Positions 32,026 to 41,496 are shown, counted from the stretch's first letter. The stretch: 63,136 nucleotides of DNA from Thermoleophilia bacterium (GCA_025929425.1 JAICME010000001.1:1-63136), one strand, 5' to 3'. Notes: generated by a model from the sequence alone, not told the origin. Numbers and translations: made by a program.

Positions 32026-32415
32026 CTACCCCCACCTGTCCGGCGAGAGGATGAGCCAGTAGCCGTCGGGATCGACGAACGCGACCGCGCCTTCAGGGGT
32101 CCAGTACGGGTTCGACGGCGACTGCGGCTCGTGGCCGGCCGCCCTGATCGAAACTGCTCGGTCGGCGACGGCGGTCGCCGACCCGAGATAGAGGACGAGC
32201 TGATCCTCCGCCGTCGGCGACGGCTGGACGTCATCGTGGTGTACGAACTCGAGCTGGTGCGCCGCGTCCGGTAGGCCGAGGATGACACCGCTGAAGCCCT
32301 CGTGGTCTGCAAACGACGAGAGGATCGGCAGACCGACGGCGTCGCGATAGAAGGCGCACGCGCGGTCGAGATCGCGGGTCGGACGCGCGACGCGAACCTG
32401 CATGAGCGCCATCAT
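32026..32415 (-). CDS. VOC/glyoxalase-bleomycin-resistance family protein
   Basis: 129 aa from ATG 32415: VRVARPTRDLDRACAFYRDAVGL...VAFVDPDGYWLIL. Confidence 0.75.
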   Translation of the reverse strand: MMALMQVRVARPTRDLDRACAFYRDAVGLPILSSFADHEGFSGVILGLPDAAHQLEFVHHDDVQPSPTAEDQLVLYLGSATAVADRAVSIRAAGHEPQSPSNPYWTPEGAVAFVDPDGYWLILSPDRWG

Positions 32416-32587
32416 TGTCCGTTCGGTGCGGCGGGGTCGGACTCGCCGTTCCGAGCCGCACGAACTGGTCGTGGCGGTTGGGGCGCTCTCACAATCGCAA
32501 ATCCACGCTTCGAGCCGGGGTCGATGGCACCGCCGATCCCGCTGGCTCCGAGACCAGGGCTGATGGCGATAGCAGCCCGGCCCGTAA

Positions 32588-32863
32588 CTAGGGCTCGCGA
32601 CGCCGGCCCGGCCACGCGCCGGTGAGCCAGGCGAAGCCGGTCGCGCCTGCGCGGTCGATGAGCGCCTTGACGCCTCCGAAGACCGCGCCTTCGGCCGCGG
32701 CCGCAAGCACGACCTCGTGCCAGCCCGTGCTTTCGTCCGTTGCCTTCGGCGCCTCTTCCTGGTGCCTGACAACGCTCCATACGCGCTTGAAGATCCTGCG
32801 CGCGAGCAGGCCGCCGAGCACGCTGACGATCAGCCCGAAGGGTTTGTAGATCAGCCTGGCCAC
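32588..32863 (-). CDS. DUF4235 domain membrane protein
   Basis: MARLIYKPFGLIVSVLGGLLARRIFKRVW is the typical DUF4235 N-terminus. Confidence 0.65.
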   Translation of the reverse strand: MARLIYKPFGLIVSVLGGLLARRIFKRVWSVVRHQEEAPKATDESTGWHEVVLAAAAEGAVFGGVKALIDRAGATGFAWLTGAWPGRRREP

Positions 32864-32897
32864 GGCAAGCCGCTTCCCGGAATCACGTGGGCCGACA

Positions 32898-33473
32898 CTA
32901 GTCGGCCCTGTCGGGCAGAGTCGGCTGGTCCGTGGGATAGACGCCGACGGCGAAGCCGTAGATCGTCTCGCCGAACCGCGGAAGCTGGTCGAACTCTGTC
33001 ACCAGCTCCGCCATTCGCTGCCAGAACTCCGACGCCTGCGCCTCCGAGATCCGGGCGTGCCGGAGGAAGCCCCAGAGCTTTCCGTCTCTGAACGCTGCGG
33101 CCGACTCTCCGGCCGCGACCTCGAAGTCGTTGAAGTCCCGGGGCATCTCGTCACCTTCCGGGCCACGCTCTACCCCGACGTAGAAGATGCGCGCCGTGCG
33201 CCCGTAGAATCGCTCCTCGATTGCCCGCACCCGCCGGGTCCTCACCACCTGTACCAGCCCGGCGTCGGCGAGCACCTTGACGTGGTGGGCGATGGTGCTC
33301 TTGGGCCGCTCAAGCGCGACCGCGAGCTCGGTCACCGTCGCCGCCCGCTCGTGGAGGAGGCCGAGAATCGTTGTGCGAACGACGTGGCTGAGCGCCTTGA
33401 CCTGGGACGGCGTCGTGAGCGCGATCCGGTCGGCGAGGTCGTAGCCCGGAGGAGTCGTGTTCAGCTCGGTCAT
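32898..33473 (-). CDS. ArsR-family winged-helix transcriptional regulator with C-terminal extension
   Basis: LSHVVRTTILGLLHERAATVTELAVALERPKSTIAHHVKVLADAGLV. Confidence 0.8.
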   Translation of the reverse strand: MTELNTTPPGYDLADRIALTTPSQVKALSHVVRTTILGLLHERAATVTELAVALERPKSTIAHHVKVLADAGLVQVVRTRRVRAIEERFYGRTARIFYVGVERGPEGDEMPRDFNDFEVAAGESAAAFRDGKLWGFLRHARISEAQASEFWQRMAELVTEFDQLPRFGETIYGFAVGVYPTDQPTLPDRAD

Positions 33474-33536
33474 TTCGTGAACAGACTAACACTGTAGTAT
33501 GTTCCAACTTTACGGATCAAACACAGGAGAGTCGCA

Positions 33537-34106
33537 ATGCCCGAGGTAGTCGTCTATCACCACGTCCAGGGTCTGACCGACGGCGTGCGTTTGTTCGCCG
33601 ACCGGCTGCGGGAGGCCGGGCACACCGTGCACACGCCCGACATGTTCGACGGACGCACATTCGCGACGCTCGAGGACGGCATGGCGTTCGCGCGGGCGGA
33701 GGGATTCGGTGCTCTGGCCGAGCGCGGCGTGGCCGCCGGCGAGGAGATCGGTTCCGAGGCGGTTTACGCGGGCTTTTCCTTCGGCGTCATGCCTGCCCAG
33801 CAGCTCGCACAGACGCGGCCCGGCGCCCGGGGAGCGCTGCTCATGTGCTCGTGCTTGCCCACCTCCGAGTTCGGCGGCGACTGGCCTGACGACGTCCCGG
33901 TGCAGGTGCACGGAAAGGAGGGCGACGAGTTCTTCGCCGAAGACCTCGAGGCCGCCCAGGCGCTCGTCGGCTCGACCGATAGGGCCGAGCTCTTCCTCTA
34001 TCCGGGAGAGGAGCATCTCTTCGCCGACTCGTCGCTCCCCGCCTACGACCCCGACGCTGCAAGGCTGCTCACAGAGCGGGTGCTGGCGTTCCTCGAAGCG
34101 GTCTAG
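33537..34106 (+). CDS. Dienelactone hydrolase family protein
   Basis: 189 aa. VVYHHVQGLTDGVRLFADRLREAGHTVHTPDMFDG, with an alpha/beta-hydrolase layout. Confidence 0.7.
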   Translation: MPEVVVYHHVQGLTDGVRLFADRLREAGHTVHTPDMFDGRTFATLEDGMAFARAEGFGALAERGVAAGEEIGSEAVYAGFSFGVMPAQQLAQTRPGARGALLMCSCLPTSEFGGDWPDDVPVQVHGKEGDEFFAEDLEAAQALVGSTDRAELFLYPGEEHLFADSSLPAYDPDAARLLTERVLAFLEAV

Positions 34107-35296
34107 CTTCGGCGCGGGTCGCCCTCGACGACGCCGTGCGGCTCGCCGTAGTCGGCGAGCAGTTCGAGGAACGGCACGGCATCGAATGACTCCGGGCCGA
34201 GGACGCCCGTCCCCTGCCACGCGCCGGAGGCGAGCAGCTCGATGGCGATGACCGGGTTGATGGCCGTCTGGAGAACGACCGCCTGGTGCCCGTACTCCCG
34301 CATCGTCTGCTCGTTGTCGGCGACGTGGTAGAGATAGACGGCTCCGTCGCCGCCGTCCTTGCGCTTCCCGGTCACGAGCGTGCCGGCGCAGGTCTTGCCG
34401 CTCATCCGGTCACCCAGCGTGGCGGGATCGGGCAGTGCGGCCGCGACCATGTCGCGCGGCGCGACCTCCACGTCGCGCACCTTCACCGGCTGGGTCGAGT
34501 CGAGCCCGAGCTTGTGCAGCGTGCGGAGCACGTCGATAAACTCGGCGCCGAGGCCGTACTTGAAGGTGACGCGCCTGCAGTCGATCTCGCGCGGCACGAG
34601 CACCACTTCCTCGTGCTCGACGTTTACGCACTCGATCTCGCCGATCCCGTCGGGGAACTCGAACAGCTCCGGCTCGGAGAACGGCTCGGTGGTGTAGAAG
34701 CCGCGCTCCTTCTCCCAGATCAGCGGCGGGTTCAGGCACTCCTCGATCGTCGTCCAGATCGAGAAGGTCGGTGCGAAGTCGTAGCCCTCGACGACGAGGT
34801 CCGCGCCGTCGCGAACGGCGACCTCGTCGATCTCGTCGAAGAGGTGGTCGGCGGCGTAGCGGGCGAAGACGTCGGCGAGCCCTGGCTCGACGCCGATGCC
34901 GGCCAGAGCCAGCAGCCCACGTTCACGCCAGCGCTCGTGCCGGTCGAACTCCTCCTCGCCCAGCAGGACGTTCGGGCCCGACAGCGTCATCGCCATGTCG
35001 AGATAGGTGCACCCGTAGTCGAAGGCGGCGTCGAGGATCGGCGGGTTGAAGCGCGGGTCGGCGGCGTTGAGGACGGCATCCGCCTCGGTCTCGCGAAGGA
35101 GAGCGACGAGCGCCTCGCGATCGCCCGCGTCCACCTGGGCCGCAGAGAAGCGGTCGTCTCCCTCGCGCTGCACGACGGCAGTCGGACGCGCCGGATCGAG
35201 GTCGGCGAACGTGACGTGCTCGAAGAAGTCCCGCTGTCGCGCAACAGCCGCAGTCGCAGCCCCAACCGCGCCCGATCCGACCACGAGCACCTTCAT
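34103..35296 (-). CDS. Saccharopine dehydrogenase family NAD(P)-binding protein
   Basis: Start at ATG 35296 (MKVLVVGSGAVGAATAAV), an ATGA overlap with the upstream OMT stop. 397 aa. Confidence 0.8.
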   Translation of the reverse strand: MKVLVVGSGAVGAATAAVARQRDFFEHVTFADLDPARPTAVVQREGDDRFSAAQVDAGDREALVALLRETEADAVLNAADPRFNPPILDAAFDYGCTYLDMAMTLSGPNVLLGEEEFDRHERWRERGLLALAGIGVEPGLADVFARYAADHLFDEIDEVAVRDGADLVVEGYDFAPTFSIWTTIEECLNPPLIWEKERGFYTTEPFSEPELFEFPDGIGEIECVNVEHEEVVLVPREIDCRRVTFKYGLGAEFIDVLRTLHKLGLDSTQPVKVRDVEVAPRDMVAAALPDPATLGDRMSGKTCAGTLVTGKRKDGGDGAVYLYHVADNEQTMREYGHQAVVLQTAINPVIAIELLASGAWQGTGVLGPESFDAVPFLELLADYGEPHGVVEGDPRRS

Positions 35297-35922
35297 CAGC
35301 GGCGCCGGATCAACGTCACGCCCTCGCGAAACGGGAGAAGGACCGCCTCGACGCGATCGTCGCGCAGGACGTGCTCGTTGAAGCGGGCGATCGCCTGCGC
35401 AGTCTCGCCCTCGGAGTCGAGGCCGAAGAGCGTGTTGTCGGCGAGGATGACGCCGTTCGGCGCGAGCTTCGGAAGGACCGTCTCGTAGTAGTCGATGTAA
35501 CCCCCCTTGTCTGCGTCGATGAAGACGAGGTCGAACGGGCCCTCGAGCGATGCGAGCGACTCCACCCCTGGCCCGAGCCGGAAGTCGATCCGGTCGGCGA
35601 CGCCGGCCTCCGCTGCGTAGCGGCGCGCGACCGCGGTGGTCTCCTCGTGCACGTCGCAGCTGACGAGACGCCCGCCCGGGGGGAGCGCACGGGCCATCGC
35701 GATCGCCGACCAGCCCGTGAATGTCCCGACCTCGAGCACCCGCCTCGCCTGGATCATCCCGACGAGGAAGGAAAGGAACGCTCCCTCGATCACGCCGACC
35801 ATCATCTGCGGTGCGTCCTGCGTCTCGTTCGTCTCGGCGGCGAGGCGTTCGAAGACGTCGGCGCGTGCGCTCGTGTAGCGCTCGGCGTACGCCTCGACCT
35901 CGTCCGGGATGTAGCGCGCCAT
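35296..35922 (-). CDS. Class I SAM-dependent O-methyltransferase (caffeoyl-CoA OMT-like)
   Basis: VLEVGTFTGWSAIAMA (motif I) and FDLVFIDADKGGY. Confidence 0.85.
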   Translation of the reverse strand: MARYIPDEVEAYAERYTSARADVFERLAAETNETQDAPQMMVGVIEGAFLSFLVGMIQARRVLEVGTFTGWSAIAMARALPPGGRLVSCDVHEETTAVARRYAAEAGVADRIDFRLGPGVESLASLEGPFDLVFIDADKGGYIDYYETVLPKLAPNGVILADNTLFGLDSEGETAQAIARFNEHVLRDDRVEAVLLPFREGVTLIRRR

Positions 35923-35976
35923 CGGGCGTGGACACTAGGGCAAACCGGCAGGCGCAGCGGTGCGTATCCGCTCGTG

Positions 35977-36378
35977 ATGGCCCAGTACATCGACCTCTCG
36001 GCCGGCCGGAGGGCGGGCGGTGTGGTCGCCGCACGGGGGGCCGCTGCTCTTCTCGTCGCTGCCGCAGGCGCGATCCATCTCTACCTGTGGTTCGACTACT
36101 TCCACCGCGTGCATGTGGTCGGTGCCCTCTTCCTCGCCAACGCCGCCGTTGGGCTCACGCTCGGGACGGCTCTGCTCGCGAGGCGAGACGTCCGCGTGCT
36201 GCTCGCCGCCGGCGGGTATGCCGCCGGGACGCTGGTCGCATTCGTGGTGAGCACCCGCTGGGGGTTGTTCGGCTACCGGGAGACGTTCTGGGGCAGCTGG
36301 CAGGAGGCTGCGGGGGGCGTCGAGCTTGCCGCGACGGTGCTCGCCGCACTCCTCCTCGCGGACTTCCGCGTCCGCTAG
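35977..36378 (+). CDS. Hypothetical 4-TM membrane protein
   Basis: ATG 35977. 133 aa with four hydrophobic helices. The ORF-track entry 35371..36378 includes an antisense extension. Confidence 0.55.
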   Translation: MAQYIDLSAGRRAGGVVAARGAAALLVAAAGAIHLYLWFDYFHRVHVVGALFLANAAVGLTLGTALLARRDVRVLLAAGGYAAGTLVAFVVSTRWGLFGYRETFWGSWQEAAGGVELAATVLAALLLADFRVR

Positions 36379-36454
36379 CCGTCCGGCTCGGAGGGGGCGG
36401 GCCGTCGCCAGGGGATGCGCCGGTACGCCCCGCTCCGTGCGGGTGGGGCTAGTC

Positions 36455-37015
36455 CTAGCCCCAGCCTCCGCCGCCGCTGGTGGTCGTGCCACCTCCGGAC
36501 GCGGACTTGTGCTTGATCAGGACGCCCTTCGGCGAGAGCACGTACCACTTGCCGCCGTTCAGGTTCTGTCCTTCGCCCTTCGCCTGTCCCGCCGCCGTGT
36601 CATTCACGAACGTGTAGAGCGGCCACTTGTTGTAGGTGACGACGCGACCGCCGGACGGGTTCTTGACGGAGCTCAGCAGCGAAGTCTTCGCCGCTCCGCC
36701 GGCCTTCGGCTTGCTCTTCGACTTCCACTTCAGCGGCGGCCAGAAGCTCGCGCACTGACCGGTGCACGTGACACGACTGCGCTGATCCTTCATGAACACA
36801 TAGAGCGTGCGGCCCTTCGCGTTCACCAGCACCACCCCGAGGCCGCTGACCTTGCGGGTCGTCACGGCAGCCGTGCTGAGCGTGTGCTCCGCCCCGGCGA
36901 CGCCGCCCGTGGGGGCCGGGGAGGCGGACGAGCCGCCACCGCAGCCGGCCACGACGAGCCCGAGCACCGCGACCGAAGCGGCCCCGAGCAGTCGAAGCTG
37001 GTATCGGTTTCTCAC
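36455..37015 (-). CDS. Secreted lipoprotein of the Y-x-[FWY]-x-x-D repeat family (COG4315-like)
   Basis: GTG 37015. Lipobox is LVVAGCGG. Repeats are GRTLYVFMKD and WPLYTFVND, with CTGQC. Gly-rich tail. Confidence 0.7.
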   Translation of the reverse strand: MRNRYQLRLLGAASVAVLGLVVAGCGGGSSASPAPTGGVAGAEHTLSTAAVTTRKVSGLGVVLVNAKGRTLYVFMKDQRSRVTCTGQCASFWPPLKWKSKSKPKAGGAAKTSLLSSVKNPSGGRVVTYNKWPLYTFVNDTAAGQAKGEGQNLNGGKWYVLSPKGVLIKHKSASGGGTTTSGGGGWG

Positions 37016-37114
37016 TTCATCTCCTCCTTCACGTGGCCGTACCCAGTACACATCGCAGAGTTTCGGCAGATGGATTGCGAATCCGTCCATCGGGTTGCGC
37101 GGGTAGAGGTAGAC

Positions 37115-38284
37115 GTGGAAGCCACTGATCCCGCGAGCCAGAGTTCGCCCGAGGGATTCTCCCCGCTCTACTTCGTCGGTTTCGCGATCGCATCGATCGG
37201 CGGGCCTCTCGCCCTCCCCAACTTCTTGCCGGGGACGGCGGGTGACGAAGGCATCGCGTCGGCCGGCCTCGTCGTCCTGCTCGCGCTCGCGGTCTTCGCG
37301 GCGCCACTCGTGCTCTGGCTCGTGTACTCGAGGCGGGTCGTCTCGCCCGGAGGATTGAGCGCGTTCGTCGAGGCGGCGGCCGGACGGCAGGCGGCGCTCG
37401 TCCACGGCTGGATCTGGGCGTTCGCGTACTTCCTCTACCTGCCCTACACGATCACGTTCGTCGTCTATGACGTCCTGACTCCCATCTTTCCCGGCCTCCA
37501 CTCCTATCGCTGGGTGCTCGAGCTCGTCCTGCCTATCGTGATCGTCCTGCTCGTGCTGGCGCCCGTGCGTCTGGCCCTTGCCGCGCTCGCGCTGGTCGGG
37601 CTCGCGCAGGTCGTGTTCATGCTCGTGCTGGGCGGCGTGACGCTCGGACACGTGCCGGTTCACTTCGCCGCGGATCCGAGCCTCGACCCGATCGGGCGCG
37701 GCGTCGGCGGAACCGCGCTCCTCTTTGTCTGCGCGAGCCTGCCGCTCTATCTCGGCGCCGAGGTTCGCGGCGCCGGCCGCGCGGTGCGGCGCGGGCTGAC
37801 CGCCGCGGTGGCCGTCGTCGGGATCTGCTTCTTCGTCGCCGCGCTGCCGCTCGCCACCGTCCCGGGGGCGCTCAGGGATTTCCCGGTCCCGGCGGCCACG
37901 ATCGCGAAGTACTACAGCGGCCGTCCCCTGGAGGTCGCGGTGGCTCTCGGCATCGCGCTCGGCACGCTTGGGCTCATCGTGGCCGAGTACCTCGCGCTCG
38001 GCCGTCTGCTGCACTGGCTTCACGGCGTGCCGTTGCGGCGTGTCCTCATCTGGATCGCCGGCCCCTTCGTCGTCGCCGACGCGATCTCGCTGATCGATCC
38101 CGAAGCGTTCTACGACAAGCTGCTCAAGCCCTCGCTCGGAGCGCTCTTCGTCTCCCAGCTCATCGTCTTCGCCGTTTTCCCACTCTTCCGGCGGGGCGTT
38201 CGCTGGTTGCCCCTCGTCGCGGTCGCGTCCGGTCTCGCGATCTGGGGCCTCTACACGCTCGTCTCGGGCAGCGCCTCGACCTAG
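37115..38284 (+). CDS. APC-superfamily amino acid/polyamine permease-like membrane protein
   Basis: About 389 aa from GTG 37115 with roughly 10-12 TM helices. Start uncertain. Confidence 0.6.
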   Translation: MEATDPASQSSPEGFSPLYFVGFAIASIGGPLALPNFLPGTAGDEGIASAGLVVLLALAVFAAPLVLWLVYSRRVVSPGGLSAFVEAAAGRQAALVHGWIWAFAYFLYLPYTITFVVYDVLTPIFPGLHSYRWVLELVLPIVIVLLVLAPVRLALAALALVGLAQVVFMLVLGGVTLGHVPVHFAADPSLDPIGRGVGGTALLFVCASLPLYLGAEVRGAGRAVRRGLTAAVAVVGICFFVAALPLATVPGALRDFPVPAATIAKYYSGRPLEVAVALGIALGTLGLIVAEYLALGRLLHWLHGVPLRRVLIWIAGPFVVADAISLIDPEAFYDKLLKPSLGALFVSQLIVFAVFPLFRRGVRWLPLVAVASGLAIWGLYTLVSGSAST

Positions 38285-38898
38285 CCGGCGACCGCCGAGC
38301 CGACGATCAAGGGCCGGACGAACTTCGGCGCCTTCGGCATCTCCGTCCGCTCGAGCTGGGAGACGCTGAAGCCCGTTGCCTCGATCGTCGTGAGTGTCGG
38401 CCGGTTGCAGTCGCAGTCGACGACGATCCGGTTCAGCCAGTTCATCCGGTCCTGGAAACGCGCGAGCGCGGCCTCGTCGGAGCGCACGTGTTCGAGAAAC
38501 AGGAGGCGACCGCCGGGCCGGAGGACGCGCTTGATCTCACGGAGCGACCGGGCCTGGTCATCGACGCCGCAGAGCACGAGCGTCGAGACGACGGTGTCGA
38601 AGCTGTCGTCCTCGAAGGGCAGATCCTCCGCCGGAGCCCGCAGAATCTTGGCGAGCGGGGCTTCGTCGCGCGCCTTCTTCTGGAGGCGGCGAAGCATCGC
38701 CGGCTCGGGCTCGGTGAAGACGAGCGACTCGACCTCGTTGTAGTGGGCGAGGTTCGCACCGGTGCCGGCGCCGATCTCGAGGACGGATCCGCCGGCCTCG
38801 GTGAGCAGCCCCCGGCGCAGGGCTCGCAATCCCGCGTCCTCGCTCTTGCGGGACATCGGGTCGTACAGGGCGGCGAAGACGTTCTTTCGTAGGCTCAT
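38281..38898 (-). CDS. Class I SAM-dependent methyltransferase (Methyltransf_11-like)
   Basis: VLEIGAGTGANL and GGRLLFLEH. Confidence 0.8.
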   Translation of the reverse strand: MSLRKNVFAALYDPMSRKSEDAGLRALRRGLLTEAGGSVLEIGAGTGANLAHYNEVESLVFTEPEPAMLRRLQKKARDEAPLAKILRAPAEDLPFEDDSFDTVVSTLVLCGVDDQARSLREIKRVLRPGGRLLFLEHVRSDEAALARFQDRMNWLNRIVVDCDCNRPTLTTIEATGFSVSQLERTEMPKAPKFVRPLIVGSAVAG

Positions 38899-38982
38899 GC
38901 GCCGAGATTACGCGGGTCATCGGCCCGGCGGGCCACGCGCGACTGCGGCCTCTCCGTGCCGCGAGCGAGCGAGCTGCTATGG

Positions 38983-38998
38983 TGAACTAAATGGTTCA
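38983..38998. promoter_or_regulatory. Candidate ArsR operator: inverted repeat TGAAC-N6-GTTCA overlapping the arsR-like start codon
   Basis: Read directly from the sequence. Short, with no functional evidence. Confidence 0.25.
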
Positions 38999-39302
38999 GT
39001 ATCACACGACGACCGACCGCGCCTTTGCAGCCCTCGCGGACCCGACGCGCCGTGCCGTTCTCGAACGGCTCGGCTCGGGGAGCGCGACCGTCAGCGAGCT
39101 CGCCGAGCCCTTCGGCATGTCGCTGACCGGGATGAAGAAGCACATCCGGCTGCTGGAGGAGGCGGAGCTCGTCACGACGGAGAAGGTCGGCCGTGTTCGC
39201 AGATGCATGCTCGCCCCGTACGCCTTCGAGGGCATCAGCACGTGGCTGCAACGTCTCGACCGTTTCGCCCAGGTAGTCGAACGCACGAAAGGAGCAGGAT
39301 GA
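38991..39302 (+). CDS. ArsR/SmtB family transcriptional regulator
   Basis: FAALADPTRRAVLERLGSGSATVSELAEPFGMSLTGMKKHIRLLEEAELV. Confidence 0.88.
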   Translation: MVQYHTTTDRAFAALADPTRRAVLERLGSGSATVSELAEPFGMSLTGMKKHIRLLEEAELVTTEKVGRVRRCMLAPYAFEGISTWLQRLDRFAQVVERTKGAG

Positions 39303-39721
39303 GCCCGACCAAGCAGGAGCAGGGATTCACGGCCGAGGAGAAGGCCGCCATGAAGGCCCGCGCGAAGGAGCTGAAGGCGACCGAGGACGGCGAGACCGCC
39401 ATCGCCCAGGCGCTCACGAAGATGTCGCCGGACGACCGCGCGATCGGCGAGCGGATCAACACCCTGGTGAGAGAGACCGCGCCCGAGCTCATCCCGAAGA
39501 CGTGGTACGGCATGCCGGCGTACGCGAACAAGGACGGCAAGGTCATCTGCTACTTCAAGAACGCCGGCAAGTTCAAGATGCGGTATTCGGAGCTCGGCTT
39601 CAACGACGCCGCGAGCCTCGACGAGGGCTCCATGTGGCCGATCGTCTACGCCCTCACGAAGCTGACGAAGTCCGACGAGGCCCGGATCGTGCAGCTCGTC
39701 AAGCAGGCGGTGGGTGCGTGA
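39299..39721 (+). CDS. DUF1801 (YdhG-like) domain protein
   Basis: ATGA overlap with arsR. 140 aa. WYGMPAYANKDGKVICYFKNAGKF is a pattern typical of the family. Confidence 0.65.
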   Translation: MSPTKQEQGFTAEEKAAMKARAKELKATEDGETAIAQALTKMSPDDRAIGERINTLVRETAPELIPKTWYGMPAYANKDGKVICYFKNAGKFKMRYSELGFNDAASLDEGSMWPIVYALTKLTKSDEARIVQLVKQAVGA

Positions 39722-40152
39722 ACGAGACCACGGTCACGACGCCGAGCGAGCTCGAGATCCGCGTCGAGCGGGTCTTCGACGCGCCGCGCGAGCACGTCTT
39801 CTCCGTCTGGACCGATCCGCAGCTGATCCCCGAATGGTGGGGCGACGGCACGGTCGTCGAGGAGATGGACGTCCGCCCCGGCGGCAGCTGGCGATTTCGC
39901 ACGGCGTACGGGATCGTCGCAGGCGAGTTTCGCGAGGTCGATCCGCCCGAGCGGCTCGTGCAGACCTTCCAGAACCACCTGCAGACGCTGGAATTCGAGG
40001 ATCTCGGCGACCGTACGAAGCTGACGCAGACGATGCGGTTCGCCTCGGCCGAGGAACGCCACACGACGATGCAGTACGGGGTCGAGGAAGGCTCGAAGAG
40101 CGGCTTCGCCCGGGTCGACGCCGTGCTGCAGAAGATCGCGATGCAAGGCTGA
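39718..40152 (+). CDS. SRPBCC/AHSA1 (activator of Hsp90 ATPase homolog 1-like) domain protein
   Basis: GTGA overlap with the upstream gene. RVFDAPREHVFSVWTDPQLIPEWWG...GGSWRF. ArsR-DUF1801-SRPBCC is a common operon arrangement. Confidence 0.8.
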   Translation: MNETTVTTPSELEIRVERVFDAPREHVFSVWTDPQLIPEWWGDGTVVEEMDVRPGGSWRFRTAYGIVAGEFREVDPPERLVQTFQNHLQTLEFEDLGDRTKLTQTMRFASAEERHTTMQYGVEEGSKSGFARVDAVLQKIAMQG

Positions 40153-40323
40153 TCACGCCGGACGACCGGTGGCAGCCACCATCACAAAAGCGTCAAGACA
40201 CCGTGACGCGCGTTCCGAGCAACCGTCGCTCGACCAAGCTGAAGCAGGCGTTCACGTACGGTGGAGGCGTTACGAAGACGTGACGCAGGCGTTGCAGTGG
40301 CTGCCACCGGCCTGTGACCGCTA

Positions 40324-41496
40324 TCAGCGTGTGACCTCTCCGGCGGCGCGCAGGCCGCTGCGGAGGGCTCCTTCCATCAGCGCGTGCCACTCTCCCGCCG
40401 TGTGCTCACCCGCGAAGGAGACCGCGCCGACCGGGCGGGCGAGCGCCTCGTCGTCGAGCGGCGAGGACAGCGTGCGGGCCGAGTAGGCACCGCGCGCCCA
40501 CGGGTCGTCGTGCCACGTCTGCAGGAGCGGCGGCCCGTCCGCGTAGTCGAGGTCGGGACGAAGGCGCCGCACGGCGTCCGCCCACCTCTCCGGTCCGTGG
40601 TCGACCTCGAGCAGCTCGAGCGCCGAGGGCGAGCCGGCGAAGGAGGACGCAGCCTCGACCCCATGCTGCGTCCAGGTCCAGAAGCGGAGGGGCACCGAGA
40701 GCGTCTGGCTCGGCGGAGCGGAGGCCGCGAGCGGCAGGAAGAGCTTCGCCGCCTGCCCGTAGCGGACAGCGGCCAGCGCCTCGTGCTTCCACTGCGGCAG
40801 CGGCGGATCCCACTCGAGCTCGAGCGCGTGCGGTGCGGGTGTCGCGACGATGCACGCAGCGGCGACGACCTCTTCGCCGCCGGCCCGGACGGTGACGCCG
40901 TCAGCCGACCAGACGACGCGCGTGACCGCCGTGGAAGTGCGAAGCGAGCCGCCGAGACGGTCCGCAAGCGAGAGCGCGATCCGGTCGTTGCCGCCGACGA
41001 CTCCGTGGCTGGGGAAGTCGCCGAACCCGGCTGCGCCCTCCGCGAGCGCAGAAGCGTCCTGATCCTCGAGCTCGTACCCGGACGAGACGGCGAGGCGGGC
41101 GGCAACCGCCTCGCGGGCACCGGCCGAGGGCACGAGCCTCTCGAGCGCTTCCGCGATCGAGCCGCTGCCCGGCTCCCGGAGCCCGGACGCTGCGGCCACC
41201 AGCTCGTCGCGCGTCACCGGCGGCCCGTCGCGTGGCTTACGGTCGCCGTAGAGCGTGCCCTTCTCGAAGAGCTGGAGACGGAGCCGCGCGACGGTCTCCC
41301 TCAGCGCGTCGTAGCCGGGAAGCACGAACTCGGCGCCGAGCTCGACGACGGCGCCGTTGTCGAGTCGTCGCGAGTGGACACGCCCACCGACGCGGTCCCG
41401 CGCCTCGAACACCGTCACGTCGACGCCGCCCCTCGCCAGCGCCTCCGCCGCCGCGAGCCCGGCGAAGCCGGCTCCGACGACGACGACCCTACTCAG
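40324..41496 (-). CDS. Flavin-containing amine oxidase (start non-canonical or gene 5'-damaged)
   Basis: FEARDRVGGRVHS...VSFAGEHTAGEWHALMEGALRSG. The FAD dinucleotide-binding motif VVVVGAGFAGLAAAEALARGG is encoded at 41419-41487, upstream of the first canonical start (GTG 41418). The only start-like codon before it is CTG 41496, overlapping the Rieske TGA. Confidence 0.7.
   Translation of the reverse strand: MSRVVVVGAGFAGLAAAEALARGGVDVTVFEARDRVGGRVHSRRLDNGAVVELGAEFVLPGYDALRETVARLRLQLFEKGTLYGDRKPRDGPPVTRDELVAAASGLREPGSGSIAEALERLVPSAGAREAVAARLAVSSGYELEDQDASALAEGAAGFGDFPSHGVVGGNDRIALSLADRLGGSLRTSTAVTRVVWSADGVTVRAGGEEVVAAACIVATPAPHALELEWDPPLPQWKHEALAAVRYGQAAKLFLPLAASAPPSQTLSVPLRFWTWTQHGVEAASSFAGSPSALELLEVDHGPERWADAVRRLRPDLDYADGPPLLQTWHDDPWARGAYSARTLSSPLDDEALARPVGAVSFAGEHTAGEWHALMEGALRSGLRAAGEVTR

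Noticed and set aside
32004-32312. A 103-codon N-terminal extension of the cyclase-STAND ORF. Similar 5' extensions occur on ORFs 78..2033, 3731..5179, 34103..36034, 35371..36378, 36326..38284, 36455..38023, 46149..48356, 49149..51674, 50432..52888 and 57691..58830.
   Set aside because: The extensions are low-complexity (R/S/T/P), overlap neighbouring genes, and precede internal starts that give canonical N-termini, RBS-like purine tracts or 4-nt coupling overlaps.
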